NCBI GenBank assembly: GCA_044376115.1 | Contig: JBILLK010000008.1 | Span: forward strand, 288,001 to 352,000 | Length of the DNA: 64,000 nucleotides | Source: Polyangiaceae bacterium | GTDB lineage: Bacteria; Myxococcota_A; Polyangia; Polyangiales; Polyangiaceae | Direction of reading: 5' to 3' | Made by a program: the position numbers and the translations under genes | In this document: positions 45,904-56,419 of the stretch, piece by piece | Layout of the letters: every line of letters begins with the position of its first letter | How positions within the stretch are numbered: position 1 is the first letter of the stretch | The notes under the pieces: model-generated | The model's database searches: none | The model's input: the letters and a program-made list of their open reading frames with translations, nothing else | What the model was told of the DNA's origin: nothing

Positions 45904-48189
45904 ATGCCTTGCGCCAAGCCACCGCTGAAGCGAGGCAACCGGTTCCTGCTGGCGGTTGTATGGCCAATGCTGCTCTCACTCAGCCTGGCGATCCTCCTGG
46001 CCACGGGCTGCACGACGCAACAGATCGTCTGTTCGCCCAGCGACTTCACTGGCTGTGTCGTCGACGAAATCGAGATTACCGGCAACGAGGAGCTCTCCGA
46101 CGACGAGATCCTGACCAAGATCGCCACCTCGGAGACAGGAACCCTGCTCGAGGGCATTCCTATCTTCGGCGTCGCCGACGCCCTCACCATCCAATACGAG
46201 CGGCTCGACCGCTTCGTGCTCGAACGCGACCTCATGCGCGTGGAGCGCCTCTACCGCTCGCGTGGTTACTACGACGTCGTCGTACGAGCGGGGCGAGTGC
46301 GCCGCATCGACGCCCACCAAGCCAACGGCAGCGACGTCGCCACCGCGCGACTCCTGGTCGAGATCCTGGTCGAAGAAGGTCCGCCCGTGCTGATCGCCGG
46401 GACGCGGGTGCAATGGAAGGATTGGGACGCGACCCGGGTCGCCGACGCTGACGCGGGTGCAGCTGCCGAAAATGCGAAGGCAGAGCTGAAGGTAGGCGCA
46501 AACTTCCGTGAAGACTCTTACGAGGCCACGCGCCGAAAGATCCAAAGCGCGTTGACCGATCTCGGCTTCGCCTACGCACAAGTCGAAGCCACGGCGGACG
46601 TCGACCTTGCGACCCACAAAGCCAGCGTCACCTTTCTCGTCGAACTTGGGCCTCGCTGTACGTTCGGAACGATCGAGTTGCTGGGACTCGGCCCCCTGCC
46701 CGAATGGCAAATCCGACCAGCGCTTGGGCTTCGTGCAGGCGAAGGCTACTCCACCGAGAAGCTGCGCAAGGCGGAGAGCGCCCTCGCGGAGCTGGGCGTC
46801 CTGGGGTCGATCGCCATCGAGCCCCTGCTCACCAAGCAAGGTCCACGCGCGACGACCATCCCCGTTCGAGTTCGAGTGCAACCTGCTGCGCTCGGGGCGG
46901 TTCGCTTGGGTGGTGGTCTGGAAATCGGAGACCAGGTCGCAGTTCGCGGCGTTGCGAGTTGGCAACACAAGAACGCTACCCGCGCCCTCGACCGGTTTGC
47001 CCTCGAGGCGCGACCGCGCCTGGTGATCTTCCCTTGGAGGCTATCAACGTTGTTCTCCGACACACCGTTGTTCCCGGTGCCGGAGATCGCGTTGCGAGTT
47101 CAATACTCGCTTCCGTTTCCCTTCGATCCAAAGACGAACCTGTTCGTGCAGAGCCAAGCGTCGATTGGGCTGGTCACCAACACCGATCCACCGCGCATCC
47201 TGACCGAAGCAACGGAGATCAAGGGAGAGTACCTGCTCGAACATCGGCAAGGAGCGGAGCGCCGCTTCTTCGACTCACGCTTCGTTACGAGCCTGAGCCA
47301 CAATATCTCCTTCTCGTCGCCATTCTCCTATCAGTTCGACAAGCCGCTCGCCGATGACTCAGGCAGCCTGCTCCTGAGCATGCTCCAGCTCGATCTCTTG
47401 CTCGATCTGCGACGCGGCGAAAACGACAAGTGGGACTCACAGAGACCCGTGTCCGGAGTATTCGCGAACGTCTCGTTGCAGGTCGCTGGCATCTTTCTCG
47501 GTGGTGATGCCGACGATGTGAGGGTGAGACCCGAGCTTCGATTCTTGGCACCGATCGCCCGTGGCGTCGTGCTCGCTGGCCGAGTTTCGATGGGCTTCCT
47601 GTTCACACAGAACTATGGCTTCTTGCTCGACGAGACGCTCTCCGAGGATGACGTCGTCTCGACTGGAGACAACCGCGACCTCCGCGAGCGGGTAAATCGT
47701 GAGGTGCAGATCCTCGAGAAGCGCGGCCTCTTCGCAGGTGGCCCCAACTCGAATCGTGGCTACGGCTTCAACCAAATCGCACCGCATCGCACGATGAACA
47801 ACGCGGGTGAGCCGCTCGGCGCCAGCCCCGACGCGGTCGGCGGTCGCACGGCCTGGGAAGGCTCCGTGGAGGTCCGCTTCCCCATCGTCTCCCCACTCGG
47901 CGGGGTGGCCTTTGTCGACGCCGCGGACGTGACGCGAGGCATCGGCGATATTCGCTTTGACCACCCGCACTTGTCGGCTGGGCTCGGCATCCGCTACGAG
48001 ACCGCCGTTGGCCCGCTGCGAGTCGACCTTGGCTACAAGATTCCCTACCTCCAAGAGGCCGGGGTGGAGGATCCAACCGAGTGCCCTTCCGGCGGGCTGG
48101 CTCGGGGCGCCCCAGCCTGCGAGCTCATCCAGGACGAGGTTGCTACCGACCCTTTCGCGCTTTCGATCGCGATCGGCAACGCCTTCTGA
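45904..48189 (+). CDS. BamA/TamA (Omp85) family outer-membrane protein
   Basis: POTRA-like motifs (YRSRGYY, LGFAYAQV), FAGGPNSNRGY, GLGIRYETAVGPLRVDLG, C-terminal GNAF; start uncertain (45829-45967). Confidence 0.88.
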   Translation: MPCAKPPLKRGNRFLLAVVWPMLLSLSLAILLATGCTTQQIVCSPSDFTGCVVDEIEITGNEELSDDEILTKIATSETGTLLEGIPIFGVADALTIQYERLDRFVLERDLMRVERLYRSRGYYDVVVRAGRVRRIDAHQANGSDVATARLLVEILVEEGPPVLIAGTRVQWKDWDATRVADADAGAAAENAKAELKVGANFREDSYEATRRKIQSALTDLGFAYAQVEATADVDLATHKASVTFLVELGPRCTFGTIELLGLGPLPEWQIRPALGLRAGEGYSTEKLRKAESALAELGVLGSIAIEPLLTKQGPRATTIPVRVRVQPAALGAVRLGGGLEIGDQVAVRGVASWQHKNATRALDRFALEARPRLVIFPWRLSTLFSDTPLFPVPEIALRVQYSLPFPFDPKTNLFVQSQASIGLVTNTDPPRILTEATEIKGEYLLEHRQGAERRFFDSRFVTSLSHNISFSSPFSYQFDKPLADDSGSLLLSMLQLDLLLDLRRGENDKWDSQRPVSGVFANVSLQVAGIFLGGDADDVRVRPELRFLAPIARGVVLAGRVSMGFLFTQNYGFLLDETLSEDDVVSTGDNRDLRERVNREVQILEKRGLFAGGPNSNRGYGFNQIAPHRTMNNAGEPLGASPDAVGGRTAWEGSVEVRFPIVSPLGGVAFVDAADVTRGIGDIRFDHPHLSAGLGIRYETAVGPLRVDLGYKIPYLQEAGVEDPTECPSGGLARGAPACELIQDEVATDPFALSIAIGNAF

Positions 48190-48195
48190 TTGGCG

Positions 48196-48630
48196 CTAGG
48201 GCTGGGAGCCGCGGAACCGTTTGACCATGGTCAGTACGTTCGGCGGGCCCTTCACGTACCGCAACTCATCCAGGAATGAGCGCATGATGAACAGACCCAT
48301 GCCGCCCTCGGGCAAAGCATCAGGGAGCTGCTGGTAGGACGATGGATCGAAGGGATGCCCGTCGTCGCGCAGCTCCAGCTCAACCACGCCGTCTACCTCA
48401 CGCGCCTCGATCTCGACCCGGCCTTCGGGTAGGTCCTTGTAGCCGTGAATGGCGACGTTGTTGAAGGCCTCGCTGAACGCCGACACGAGCTGCGAAGAAA
48501 ATTCATCCCCGAGTTCGTTGCCGGTCCGCAACGCGACCTCATTTCCCCGCAAGATGCGTGCTGCAGCTCCAACCACGCGAACAGCCACGTCGCGATACGT
48601 CAAGTTGCCGGGAACGCTCAAACGGATCAT
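48196..48630 (-). CDS. RsbW-like anti-sigma factor / HATPase_c protein
   Basis: SEAFNNVAIHGY, DDGHPFDP, GGMGLFIM. Confidence 0.9.
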   Translation of the reverse strand: MIRLSVPGNLTYRDVAVRVVGAAARILRGNEVALRTGNELGDEFSSQLVSAFSEAFNNVAIHGYKDLPEGRVEIEAREVDGVVELELRDDGHPFDPSSYQQLPDALPEGGMGLFIMRSFLDELRYVKGPPNVLTMVKRFRGSQP

Positions 48631-48689
48631 CAGCTACCGAGGTGATTCGACGCTACACCATATCGTCAAGCTCGCCTATAAAGCGGTGT

Positions 48690-49412
48690 ATGCAGGCTAG
48701 CGTCCGCTTTGCAAAAAGGATCTTCGATGTGGCTGCATCAGCGGTGGGGATCTGCTTGGCCGCCCCAATGGTGCCAGTCATCGCGGCTGCCGTGTACGTG
48801 GATGATCCAGGCCCGATTTTGTACAAACAACGGCGAGCAGGCAGGCTGATCGGCTTCGACGCCACGAGCCTGCCGGTCTTCGAGCAGTTCGATATGTACA
48901 AGTTCCGCTCCATGCGCGTGGACGCGGAAAAATTCACTGGCGCCGTCCTCGCCAGCGAGGGTGATCCTCGGGTCACTCGCGTTGGTAAGTTCCTGCGTAA
49001 GTCGCGGCTCGATGAGCTGCCCCAGCTGGTGAACGTATTTTTGGGACAGATGAGCCTGGTCGGCCCTCGGCCGGAACGCCCGGAGCTGCTGGTCAATCTC
49101 GCCATGGCGATCCCATTTTTCGAGGAGCGTATGCGCGACGTGAAACCTGGGCTGACCGGCTTGGCGCAAGTTTCACTCGGCTATACCGGCCGGGCATTTG
49201 AAGGCAGCCAGGCCTCGGAGCACGAGGAGCAGCTGCTCAACCCGTTCGACCTGCCGGAGACGCAAGGCTCCACCGCCGACGACATGCGCATGAAGCTACT
49301 GTTCGACCTTGCTTATGCCGCAGCGCTCGAGCAGCTCAGCAGCTACATACGAATGGAGGCGGGGATCGTGTTCAAGACGCCGCTGGTAATGCTCCGCGGC
49401 GTAGGCCGCTGA
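48690..49412 (+). CDS. Bacterial sugar (polyprenyl-phosphate phosphoglycosyl) transferase
   Basis: KRIFD, KFRSM, DPRVT..GKFLRKSRLDELPQ, MSLVGPRPERP, KPGLTGLAQV. Confidence 0.92.
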   Translation: MQASVRFAKRIFDVAASAVGICLAAPMVPVIAAAVYVDDPGPILYKQRRAGRLIGFDATSLPVFEQFDMYKFRSMRVDAEKFTGAVLASEGDPRVTRVGKFLRKSRLDELPQLVNVFLGQMSLVGPRPERPELLVNLAMAIPFFEERMRDVKPGLTGLAQVSLGYTGRAFEGSQASEHEEQLLNPFDLPETQGSTADDMRMKLLFDLAYAAALEQLSSYIRMEAGIVFKTPLVMLRGVGR

Positions 49413-49435
49413 CCAGCCACGGCTGCTGAGCGCGG

Positions 49436-50818
49436 CTAGGGCTCGAACGCGCCAATACTCGGTTTGGCGCTCGCCTTCCGCGCCCGGGCAGGGCCGATAG
49501 CTGGGGTCGGCTCAAACTCCGGTAGATTGGTTGGCTTGGGAAATGGGTACTTTGCGTGGTCTGGCGGAGCAGACCGTGCCGCTCCAATCAAGGGGCTACC
49601 CGCGCGCGGCCGAAGATCGCGCTCCGCGAGATTGACGAAGGCAATGTCCTTGCCGGAAAGCGTCCCCTTCAGCGATGGATAGGAGGTCGATCCTGCCACT
49701 AACCAGTTATTAGACCCCTCAACGCTCGCGCCATTTACCCACTTTGCGTCATCGTCGTGCAAGACACTAGCCCCGCCGCCGGTGCGGTAGATTGCGTTGT
49801 TGTAGAGTTCAACCGATTCAACACTAAAGTGGGCACGGATGGCGGCCTTCGAGTCCGCCATGACGAAGGTATTGAAAAGGATGCGATAGCGCCCTCCGGT
49901 CTGGCCTCCCTCTTTGTCTCCACCCACTCGCAGGCCGTACCAAGCGGTGGTCTTGAAGAACACGTTGCCCAAGACTTCCGAGTCTTCGCGAGCAAGTTTT
50001 GGATCTGCGCCGTCCGGCCCGATCAACTCGAGTTCGTGGAAGAGTGCGCCCTCAATCCAGTTGTACCGAATCTCGTTACGCTCGGCGCGGGACTTAACGT
50101 TGTTACCCCCAGCTCCGTCATGGATATAGCAATGCTGCATCCGGAACACGGACCCTGGGTGAGCGCGCTCATCGGTCGCCATGTAGATTTGGTGGTGACT
50201 CTGCCCCTCCCCAGAACGGGCGAACTCACTGTGCTCGAGTAAGAGCGAGCCAGAGTTCTCATCGGCACCGAGGAGGCCGTTCTTGCAGTCATGAATGAAC
50301 AGCCGACGGATGGTGATGTTGTGAGCGTGGTGAAAGAAGCAGCGGTTCGTAGCCCCCGTCAGCTCGAGGTCCTCGAATATGTAGTTATCCCCTCGAGCCT
50401 CGATTGTGTCGTTCGAGCCTCGAAAGACAGGCCGCTTGCCATCGACGATCAGGCCGCGAATCGTGATGGGTTTATCCGCCTCCCCATGCTTCTCCAAGCG
50501 CACGCCACCCGAATAGGTTGCGTTACCACGTACCTCCACGATGTCGCCCGGCTTGAGCAACTTGGCTACGCTGCGTAGGTCTGGGTAGATCGACCCGGGA
50601 GCAACGACATAGGTTGCTTCTGCGCGCCCATCGGAAGGCACCGGCTCCGAACTGGGCGAGGTCGATGCTGCGGCTACTGGGGCCACTGACTTCGCTGGGA
50701 GCACGCGTAACGCATCCGGATGCTGGGGAATTGGACTTCCCCCGCCCCACCGCTTCTCGTTTGAACAACCAACGAGCTCTACGGCGAGACACAACTGAAG
50801 CAACGTAGCTCTTCTCAT
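49436..50818 (-). CDS. Lipoprotein with right-handed parallel beta-helix
   Basis: LVGC lipobox, PGDIVEV, repeated N.I..N strands, DLRPRAGSPLIGA...IGAFE. Confidence 0.8.
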   Translation of the reverse strand: MRRATLLQLCLAVELVGCSNEKRWGGGSPIPQHPDALRVLPAKSVAPVAAASTSPSSEPVPSDGRAEATYVVAPGSIYPDLRSVAKLLKPGDIVEVRGNATYSGGVRLEKHGEADKPITIRGLIVDGKRPVFRGSNDTIEARGDNYIFEDLELTGATNRCFFHHAHNITIRRLFIHDCKNGLLGADENSGSLLLEHSEFARSGEGQSHHQIYMATDERAHPGSVFRMQHCYIHDGAGGNNVKSRAERNEIRYNWIEGALFHELELIGPDGADPKLAREDSEVLGNVFFKTTAWYGLRVGGDKEGGQTGGRYRILFNTFVMADSKAAIRAHFSVESVELYNNAIYRTGGGASVLHDDDAKWVNGASVEGSNNWLVAGSTSYPSLKGTLSGKDIAFVNLAERDLRPRAGSPLIGAARSAPPDHAKYPFPKPTNLPEFEPTPAIGPARARKASAKPSIGAFEP

Positions 50819-50896
50819 GACCTGGTTAGCCTAGTACATCCGCCTTTGGGTTAGCTCCGAGATCTCGAGCTGCCCCGGACCACGAATGGAGAGCCA

Positions 50897-51916
50897 ATGA
50901 CCTCGGAGACGCACCCCATCGATCCGTCCAACCCATCCGCGGCAGACGTACTTTCGGCTTCGCGGGCACTCGCGGGTCGCGTCCTTCGAACTCCGCTGCT
51001 CTCCGTTCCTGCCATCAATCAGCGGGCGCAACGCGAGATCCTCATCAAGCCGGAGAGCTTGCAACATATTGGCGCATTCAAGGCGCGGGGCGCTCTCTAC
51101 GCGTGCTCCAAGCTAAGCGCCCAAGCTCTCGCGGCTGGGCTTTGCACCTTCAGCTCTGGCAATCATGGTCAGGCGGTGGCGCTGGCCGCAAGGGAGGCAA
51201 AAACGCTGGCCGTCGTCGTCATGCCCGAGGACGCCCCTCAAACCAAGGTGGAGGCCGTCCGCGAGCTTGGGGCTGAGGTGGTGTTTGCTGGGAAGACCAC
51301 CGCAGATCGCCAGACACGCGCGGAGACAATTGCACGCGAACGCGGCCTGACCATCATTCCGCCGTTTGACGACGCCCACGTGATTGCCGGTCAAGGCACC
51401 GCGACCTTGGAGTTGATCGAAGATGCAGCGGCGCGCGGCACGCCAGTTGACGCCGTGATTGTTCCGGTTGGCGGCGGTGGCCTGTTGGCCGGAGCGTGTC
51501 TCGCGGCTGAATTGGCGCCTTCGGCGGTGAAGGTCATCGCCGCAGAGCCCGAGACGGCAGACGCCTTCCGCAAAAGTCTGCTTGCCGGAAGACGCGTAAC
51601 GATTCCGCCGTCGAGTAGCATCGCCGACGGCCTTCGGCCCATTCAGGTAGGCGCCCTCAACTTCGCAGTCGCGGAACACCGAGTTGCCCAAGCCATTACC
51701 GTTAGCGACGCTGAGATCGGCCTGGCGACAGTTCGGTTGCTAGCTTGGGCAAAACTATTTGTAGAGCCTTCCGGGGCATGTGCCTTGGCGGCCTGTTTCT
51801 CGTCAGAGTTGCCGAAGGAAATACGCCGCATTGGCGTTTTGGTCTCGGGTGGCAACATGGCAATGTCCACGCTGCAACGCTTATTGGCTGAACATGGCGA
51901 GAGCTTCGCCCGCTAG
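50897..51916 (+). CDS. PLP-dependent threonine/serine dehydratase family protein
   Basis: KPESLQ.IGAFKARGA, SSGNHGQ, PVGGGGL, EPSGA, SGGN. Confidence 0.92.
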   Translation: MTSETHPIDPSNPSAADVLSASRALAGRVLRTPLLSVPAINQRAQREILIKPESLQHIGAFKARGALYACSKLSAQALAAGLCTFSSGNHGQAVALAAREAKTLAVVVMPEDAPQTKVEAVRELGAEVVFAGKTTADRQTRAETIARERGLTIIPPFDDAHVIAGQGTATLELIEDAAARGTPVDAVIVPVGGGGLLAGACLAAELAPSAVKVIAAEPETADAFRKSLLAGRRVTIPPSSSIADGLRPIQVGALNFAVAEHRVAQAITVSDAEIGLATVRLLAWAKLFVEPSGACALAACFSSELPKEIRRIGVLVSGGNMAMSTLQRLLAEHGESFAR

Positions 51917-53319
51917 CGAGCAAACAGCGTTTCTCGACAACCAGCTAGCGGAGCGTCCACAAACTCTACGCCACCCTCCTTCTTCTTGACGCCTAGCGAG
52001 GCGAAGTACTCGGTAAGCGGCAGAGTTACTGGGGTTGCGGAGAGCCGTTCGTAGAGTGGTCGAACCACGTTAGCCCCGAGGCCTTTATCGCATACGGACA
52101 AGAAGCGCTCCACGCTCCAACGGTCGGCGATACCCGCCGACCCGTGGGCCACGGCAGCAAAACAGTCGGACAGCGTTCTTGTGCCCTTGGTCTCGCGGTA
52201 CACCGACAGTTCAGCAGCAAGCCAAAATCCAGCGCCTCCCCAGTACAATCTGCCCCAGCTTTGCGTGCCATCCAGACCGCCGTCCCAAGGAAACGGCTGC
52301 CCCTGCCACAGCGCCGAGTACCATTCGTTAAACAGTCTTTCCTTGCTGAGCCGAGAGCGCTTTACGCGTGCAATTGGCTCGGCGTAAGTTGCATAACCCT
52401 CCTCCATCCAATTGTGCCGCGAGGCCAAGCTGGGCATCGCCGTATGCAGCAGCTCGTGCGTCATGATCCAATCAGTATCAAGCTCACTTTGGGTGATGTG
52501 GTGTCCAAGCCCAACCAGCACGGATGAACCGCCATTCCCGAGCGAAAACCCTGCGGAGACCTCATCACCTCCGTCGCTCAGCACAATCACCAAGGGGCGA
52601 ACCGGATAGCCCCTTAAATAATTATCTACGTCGGCGATGGCCTCGCGAATCCAGGTACGTCGTGCCTCTCCGCCAAGACCGATCTCTTTGCCGATGAGCA
52701 CCGCACGAAGTTGGCCCTGCCCCGCGGACAAAGTCTCCACTGGCTCAGCGGTGAATACACCGTAAGGAGCCTGCGGCAGGTCATCGAGCCGGGCTCGGAA
52801 ACTACCGTCCTCGAGCTGCCGCAAACCGCTCTCGTAGCGCACGGACCCATTGCCTTCCACGCGAAGCTCAAATTCACCGCTTGGCGCCGCTGCGTCCGGC
52901 CGCAAGAGGAAGCTGGTTGCGGGCATGACCAGGTCCGGCCCCACGGCCAGCCCGTATTGCGGATTACGAAACGTCTGAGCAACGCCGCGCAGATCGATGG
53001 TGTAGCGCAGCTCACACTCGGCTTCGCACGCGGGGACCGCCACTGGCCACCGGCTGAGGTCCACCTCTGTCAACGGGCGGTCGCGAGTTCCTACGTCGAG
53101 CCGCTCGATAAAGGCCTCAGCCCCCTCCTCGATCGTAAGTCGGGAAAACTGACCAGAGCCGTCCTGAATGCGCACCTCCAAACGATCGGCGTCGACCAAT
53201 CGTGCGATGTAGCGCGTTGAGCCAGCCGCCTCGTTGGGGAGCTGGCCTTGCATGCCCATAGCGCAGCCGCTGACGAGTAGACAGATGCCGGATTGAGCAA
53301 CGAGATAGGCTCGCTTCAC
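51913..53319 (-). CDS. Gluzincin-type zinc metallopeptidase lipoprotein (M1/M61-like)
   Basis: HELLH followed by WMEEGYATY; LVSGC lipobox; likely GTG start at 53319. Confidence 0.78.
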   Translation of the reverse strand: MKRAYLVAQSGICLLVSGCAMGMQGQLPNEAAGSTRYIARLVDADRLEVRIQDGSGQFSRLTIEEGAEAFIERLDVGTRDRPLTEVDLSRWPVAVPACEAECELRYTIDLRGVAQTFRNPQYGLAVGPDLVMPATSFLLRPDAAAPSGEFELRVEGNGSVRYESGLRQLEDGSFRARLDDLPQAPYGVFTAEPVETLSAGQGQLRAVLIGKEIGLGGEARRTWIREAIADVDNYLRGYPVRPLVIVLSDGGDEVSAGFSLGNGGSSVLVGLGHHITQSELDTDWIMTHELLHTAMPSLASRHNWMEEGYATYAEPIARVKRSRLSKERLFNEWYSALWQGQPFPWDGGLDGTQSWGRLYWGGAGFWLAAELSVYRETKGTRTLSDCFAAVAHGSAGIADRWSVERFLSVCDKGLGANVVRPLYERLSATPVTLPLTEYFASLGVKKKEGGVEFVDAPLAGCRETLFAR

Positions 53320-53344
53320 TGCGGTTAGAGTATCCTGCGCCGCG

Positions 53345-55117
53345 ATGACAGTGGACACGATCGTCGCGCGGCTCTTCCACCAAGCCGCAACGCGCCCAGA
53401 CGCGCCAGCGCTTCATGAGAAGAAGGCAGGGGAGTGGCGAGCCATCAGCTACCGCAGCTACGCCGATAGTGTGCGGCTGTTCGCGGCGACGCTGCTCACG
53501 TTTGGCTTCGAGGTCGGGGACACGGTCAGCATTCTTGGCTTTAATCGGCCGGCGTGGGTGATCGCAGCCATCGCGACGATGGCCGCTGGGGGCGCGGCAG
53601 CCGGGGTGTACACCACCAGCTCGCCCAGCGAGATCCGCTACATCGCGGAACACTCAGGCTCCAAGGTGATCGTCGTCGATGGCGCGTTACTCGAGCGCGT
53701 TCTCGCGATCGCTGACTCACTACCCAACCTCAAGAGCATCGTGGTGATCGGGAGGCGTGAGAAAGACCATCCTTTACTGCTCAGCTTCGAGGAGTTTCTC
53801 AAACGTGGTCGCGACGTCGCAGCTGAGCGGGTCACCCAGCGCGCGCACGCACTCGAGCCTGGCGGGGTGGCGTCTCTGATTTACACCTCTGGCACGACCG
53901 GCCCGCCCAAGGCCGTCATGCTCTCCCACGCAAACGTGGCGTTCACTGCGAGCGTAGCCCAACGGCTCGCTCAGGCGACTTCGTCGGACTCAAGCCTCTC
54001 CTACTTGCCGCTCTCTCACATCGCCGAGCAGATGTTCACGATGCACGGCGCTATCACGATGGGCAGCTCAGTCTACTTCGCCGAAAGTTTGGAGAAGGTC
54101 CCCGACAACCTCAAAGAGGTACAACCAACGCTTTTCTTTGGTGTGCCGCGCATTTGGGAGAAGTTCCACAGCAAGGTTGCTGCGGGCATTGCGAAGGCAA
54201 CCGGCCCCAAGGCCCGGCTCCTCACCTGGGCACGCAAGGTCGGGCTGCAGGTATCGCAGCTGCGAATGCGCGGCGAACAACCGAAGGGGCTGTTGGCGCT
54301 TGAATACAAGGCGGCCAAACACCTCGTCTTCGACAAACTCAAACCAGCGATGGGGCTTGGGCGTGCCCGCTTCTGCGTTACCGGTGCCGCGCCCATCGCC
54401 CGTGAGGTGCTGGAGTTTTTTGCGTCCCTCGACCTCGTCATTCATGAGGTTTACGGGCAATCAGAAGGCTGCGGCCCCACCTCCTGCAACCTGATTGGCC
54501 GGACCAAGTTGGGCACCGTTGGCCCTGCGCTCGAGGGCATCGAGGTCAAGATCGCGGACGATGGCGAGATCCTCGTGCGTGGTGGAAACGTGTTCCTCGG
54601 CTACTTGAAAGACGCCGATGCCACGCGTGAAACCCTCGTGGACGGCTGGCTCCACTCAGGAGATCTCGGAGCCTTCGATACAGAGGGCTTCCTGACCATC
54701 ACCGGCCGTAAGAAGGACATCATCATCACCGCGGGTGGCAAGAACATCGCCCCAAAGAACATCGAGGCAGAGCTCAAGAACCATCCGCTGATCGCTGAAG
54801 CGGTGGTGATTGGTGACCGGCGTAAATACCTTACCGCGTTGATCGCGCTCGACCCGGAGGCGCTCGCGGAGTTTGCCCAAGCGAACGGGCTGCCAGTGCT
54901 GGATCTACATCAGCACCCCAGCGTGCGCGATTCGATCGGAAAGGCAGTCGACGAGGTCAACAGAGAGCTTGCGCGCGTGGAGACGGTAAAGAAGTTCACG
55001 CTGCTGCACCGCCCGCTGTCGATCGAGGCCGGGGAGCTCACCCCGACCCTCAAGGTGAAGCGCAAAGAGGTGGCAGCTCACTTCAATAGCGAGATTGAAG
55101 CGATGTACGCCGAGTGA
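53345..55117 (+). CDS. Long-chain fatty acid-CoA ligase (AMP-binding)
   Basis: YTSGTTGPPK, YGQSE, GWLHSGDLG, ITGRKKD, ELTPTLKVKR. Confidence 0.93.
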   Translation: MTVDTIVARLFHQAATRPDAPALHEKKAGEWRAISYRSYADSVRLFAATLLTFGFEVGDTVSILGFNRPAWVIAAIATMAAGGAAAGVYTTSSPSEIRYIAEHSGSKVIVVDGALLERVLAIADSLPNLKSIVVIGRREKDHPLLLSFEEFLKRGRDVAAERVTQRAHALEPGGVASLIYTSGTTGPPKAVMLSHANVAFTASVAQRLAQATSSDSSLSYLPLSHIAEQMFTMHGAITMGSSVYFAESLEKVPDNLKEVQPTLFFGVPRIWEKFHSKVAAGIAKATGPKARLLTWARKVGLQVSQLRMRGEQPKGLLALEYKAAKHLVFDKLKPAMGLGRARFCVTGAAPIAREVLEFFASLDLVIHEVYGQSEGCGPTSCNLIGRTKLGTVGPALEGIEVKIADDGEILVRGGNVFLGYLKDADATRETLVDGWLHSGDLGAFDTEGFLTITGRKKDIIITAGGKNIAPKNIEAELKNHPLIAEAVVIGDRRKYLTALIALDPEALAEFAQANGLPVLDLHQHPSVRDSIGKAVDEVNRELARVETVKKFTLLHRPLSIEAGELTPTLKVKRKEVAAHFNSEIEAMYAE

Positions 55118-55609
55118 TCAGGTCCCGCTATCGATCGGAAGCGTGTATTCGCCTAGGGAGTTCCCCTCGTCGTCGCTGAGTTCAACCTTGAGCACGCCCT
55201 GATCCTTGGGCTGCAGGGTGTTGTAACCCCACGAGCGGAACGACCAACTCTCCTGAATCTTGAGGTCAAGCTCGGTCCGCTTCTTACCGTCGACGCTGAA
55301 CTCGAGGTGGATCGTTCGCGGTCGCCCAGTGCGATTGCGCACTGTCATATGAGCGTAGACACGAGAGCCCGGCTTGGCAGAGCTCAGCTTGTCGATAGGC
55401 TCCCGCGCTGAGACCCCGCTCGCGAAAGTGAACTTGAGGATCTCAACCGGGGCCGTCTCCAGCTCGTCCACCGAGGCTGAAGCCTTTGCGCTGGGAGGCG
55501 ACGTTGGGGCAGCGGAAACCAGGCTCGAGACCGAGGGGACAGCATTGCTCGGCTCTCGGCATCCCCACAGCGCCAAGGCCGCTAGACCCATGTTCAATGC
55601 CTGCTTCAT
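55118..55609 (-). CDS. DUF2914-like lipoprotein
   Basis: LWGC lipobox; F..GV..REP.D, SWSFRSW motif. Confidence 0.7.
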   Translation of the reverse strand: MKQALNMGLAALALWGCREPSNAVPSVSSLVSAAPTSPPSAKASASVDELETAPVEILKFTFASGVSAREPIDKLSSAKPGSRVYAHMTVRNRTGRPRTIHLEFSVDGKKRTELDLKIQESWSFRSWGYNTLQPKDQGVLKVELSDDEGNSLGEYTLPIDSGT

Positions 55610-56412
55610 GCGCCGCTCCCGAGGCCTGCGAAGTATTCACGGTGAAGGGCTAGTTCATCGAGGCCCTCGCCCTCCGCAGCCCGGCCGTCATGAAGCTGCT
55701 TCGGGCGGTAACCGCTCTTGATGGCGAAGACTTCCACCTCGTCGGCGCTGACGCGGAACGAGAGCCGTAACGACTTGTAGGCCAGCTCCAAACTGCCGTC
55801 GGACTCCCGACGAATGCGCCGATAGGCGTGCGGTGCCGGCCCCGTCTCGAGCAACTTCGTAACCGCGGATTCGAGCTCGAGCCCTGTGCGCTGAGAGAAG
55901 AAATGCAGCGCGCGCGCGACCTCCGGTTGAAACCGGACCTTGAAACTCGGCCCTGGATCACGCGGGGCGGCGAGCCAGCCGTGATTGGCGCCCGCAACCG
56001 AGTCCGCGTAGGGCAGGTACGGCTTGAGATCGAGCACTGGCGAACCATCGAGGATATCGAGGCCTTTGACGAACACCTCGCGGCCATCAATTCGGATTAG
56101 TTCGACGACGGATAGGCCAATAGGGTTCGGCCGATGGGGTGACCGAGTAGCAAATACGCCCTTCTTCTCGTCACTCCGTGGCGGCCGGACCTTGGGCTTG
56201 TGCGACGGCTCATTGAGGTGAAAGACGTAGACCACCCACAGGTGTGAAAACGTCTCAAGCCCAGCCAGCGCATCCTCCGGGTGCTCAACACCGTCCAAGA
56301 GAATGCTGCCTAGGTCTTGTGAAACGATGGCCTGCCGCGGGGCATCGGCTCTTTGTTTCTGGGGGCTCCGCACCACACCAATGGCGCGGAAGTCAAACGT
56401 TCGCGGCGTCAC
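55606..56412 (-). CDS. trmO: tRNA (N6-threonylcarbamoyladenosine37-N6)-methyltransferase
   Basis: APRQ, GVFATRSPHRPNPIGLS, DGSPVLDLKPY; GTG start at 56412. Confidence 0.93.
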   Translation of the reverse strand: MTPRTFDFRAIGVVRSPQKQRADAPRQAIVSQDLGSILLDGVEHPEDALAGLETFSHLWVVYVFHLNEPSHKPKVRPPRSDEKKGVFATRSPHRPNPIGLSVVELIRIDGREVFVKGLDILDGSPVLDLKPYLPYADSVAGANHGWLAAPRDPGPSFKVRFQPEVARALHFFSQRTGLELESAVTKLLETGPAPHAYRRIRRESDGSLELAYKSLRLSFRVSADEVEVFAIKSGYRPKQLHDGRAAEGEGLDELALHREYFAGLGSGA

Positions 56413-56419
56413 GCTGCAC

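Noticed and set aside
45714..46235. N-terminal extension of the 718-aa minus ORF
   Set aside because: It overlaps the Omp85 gene antisense; GGAGG plus GTG and a lipoprotein signal lie at 45713
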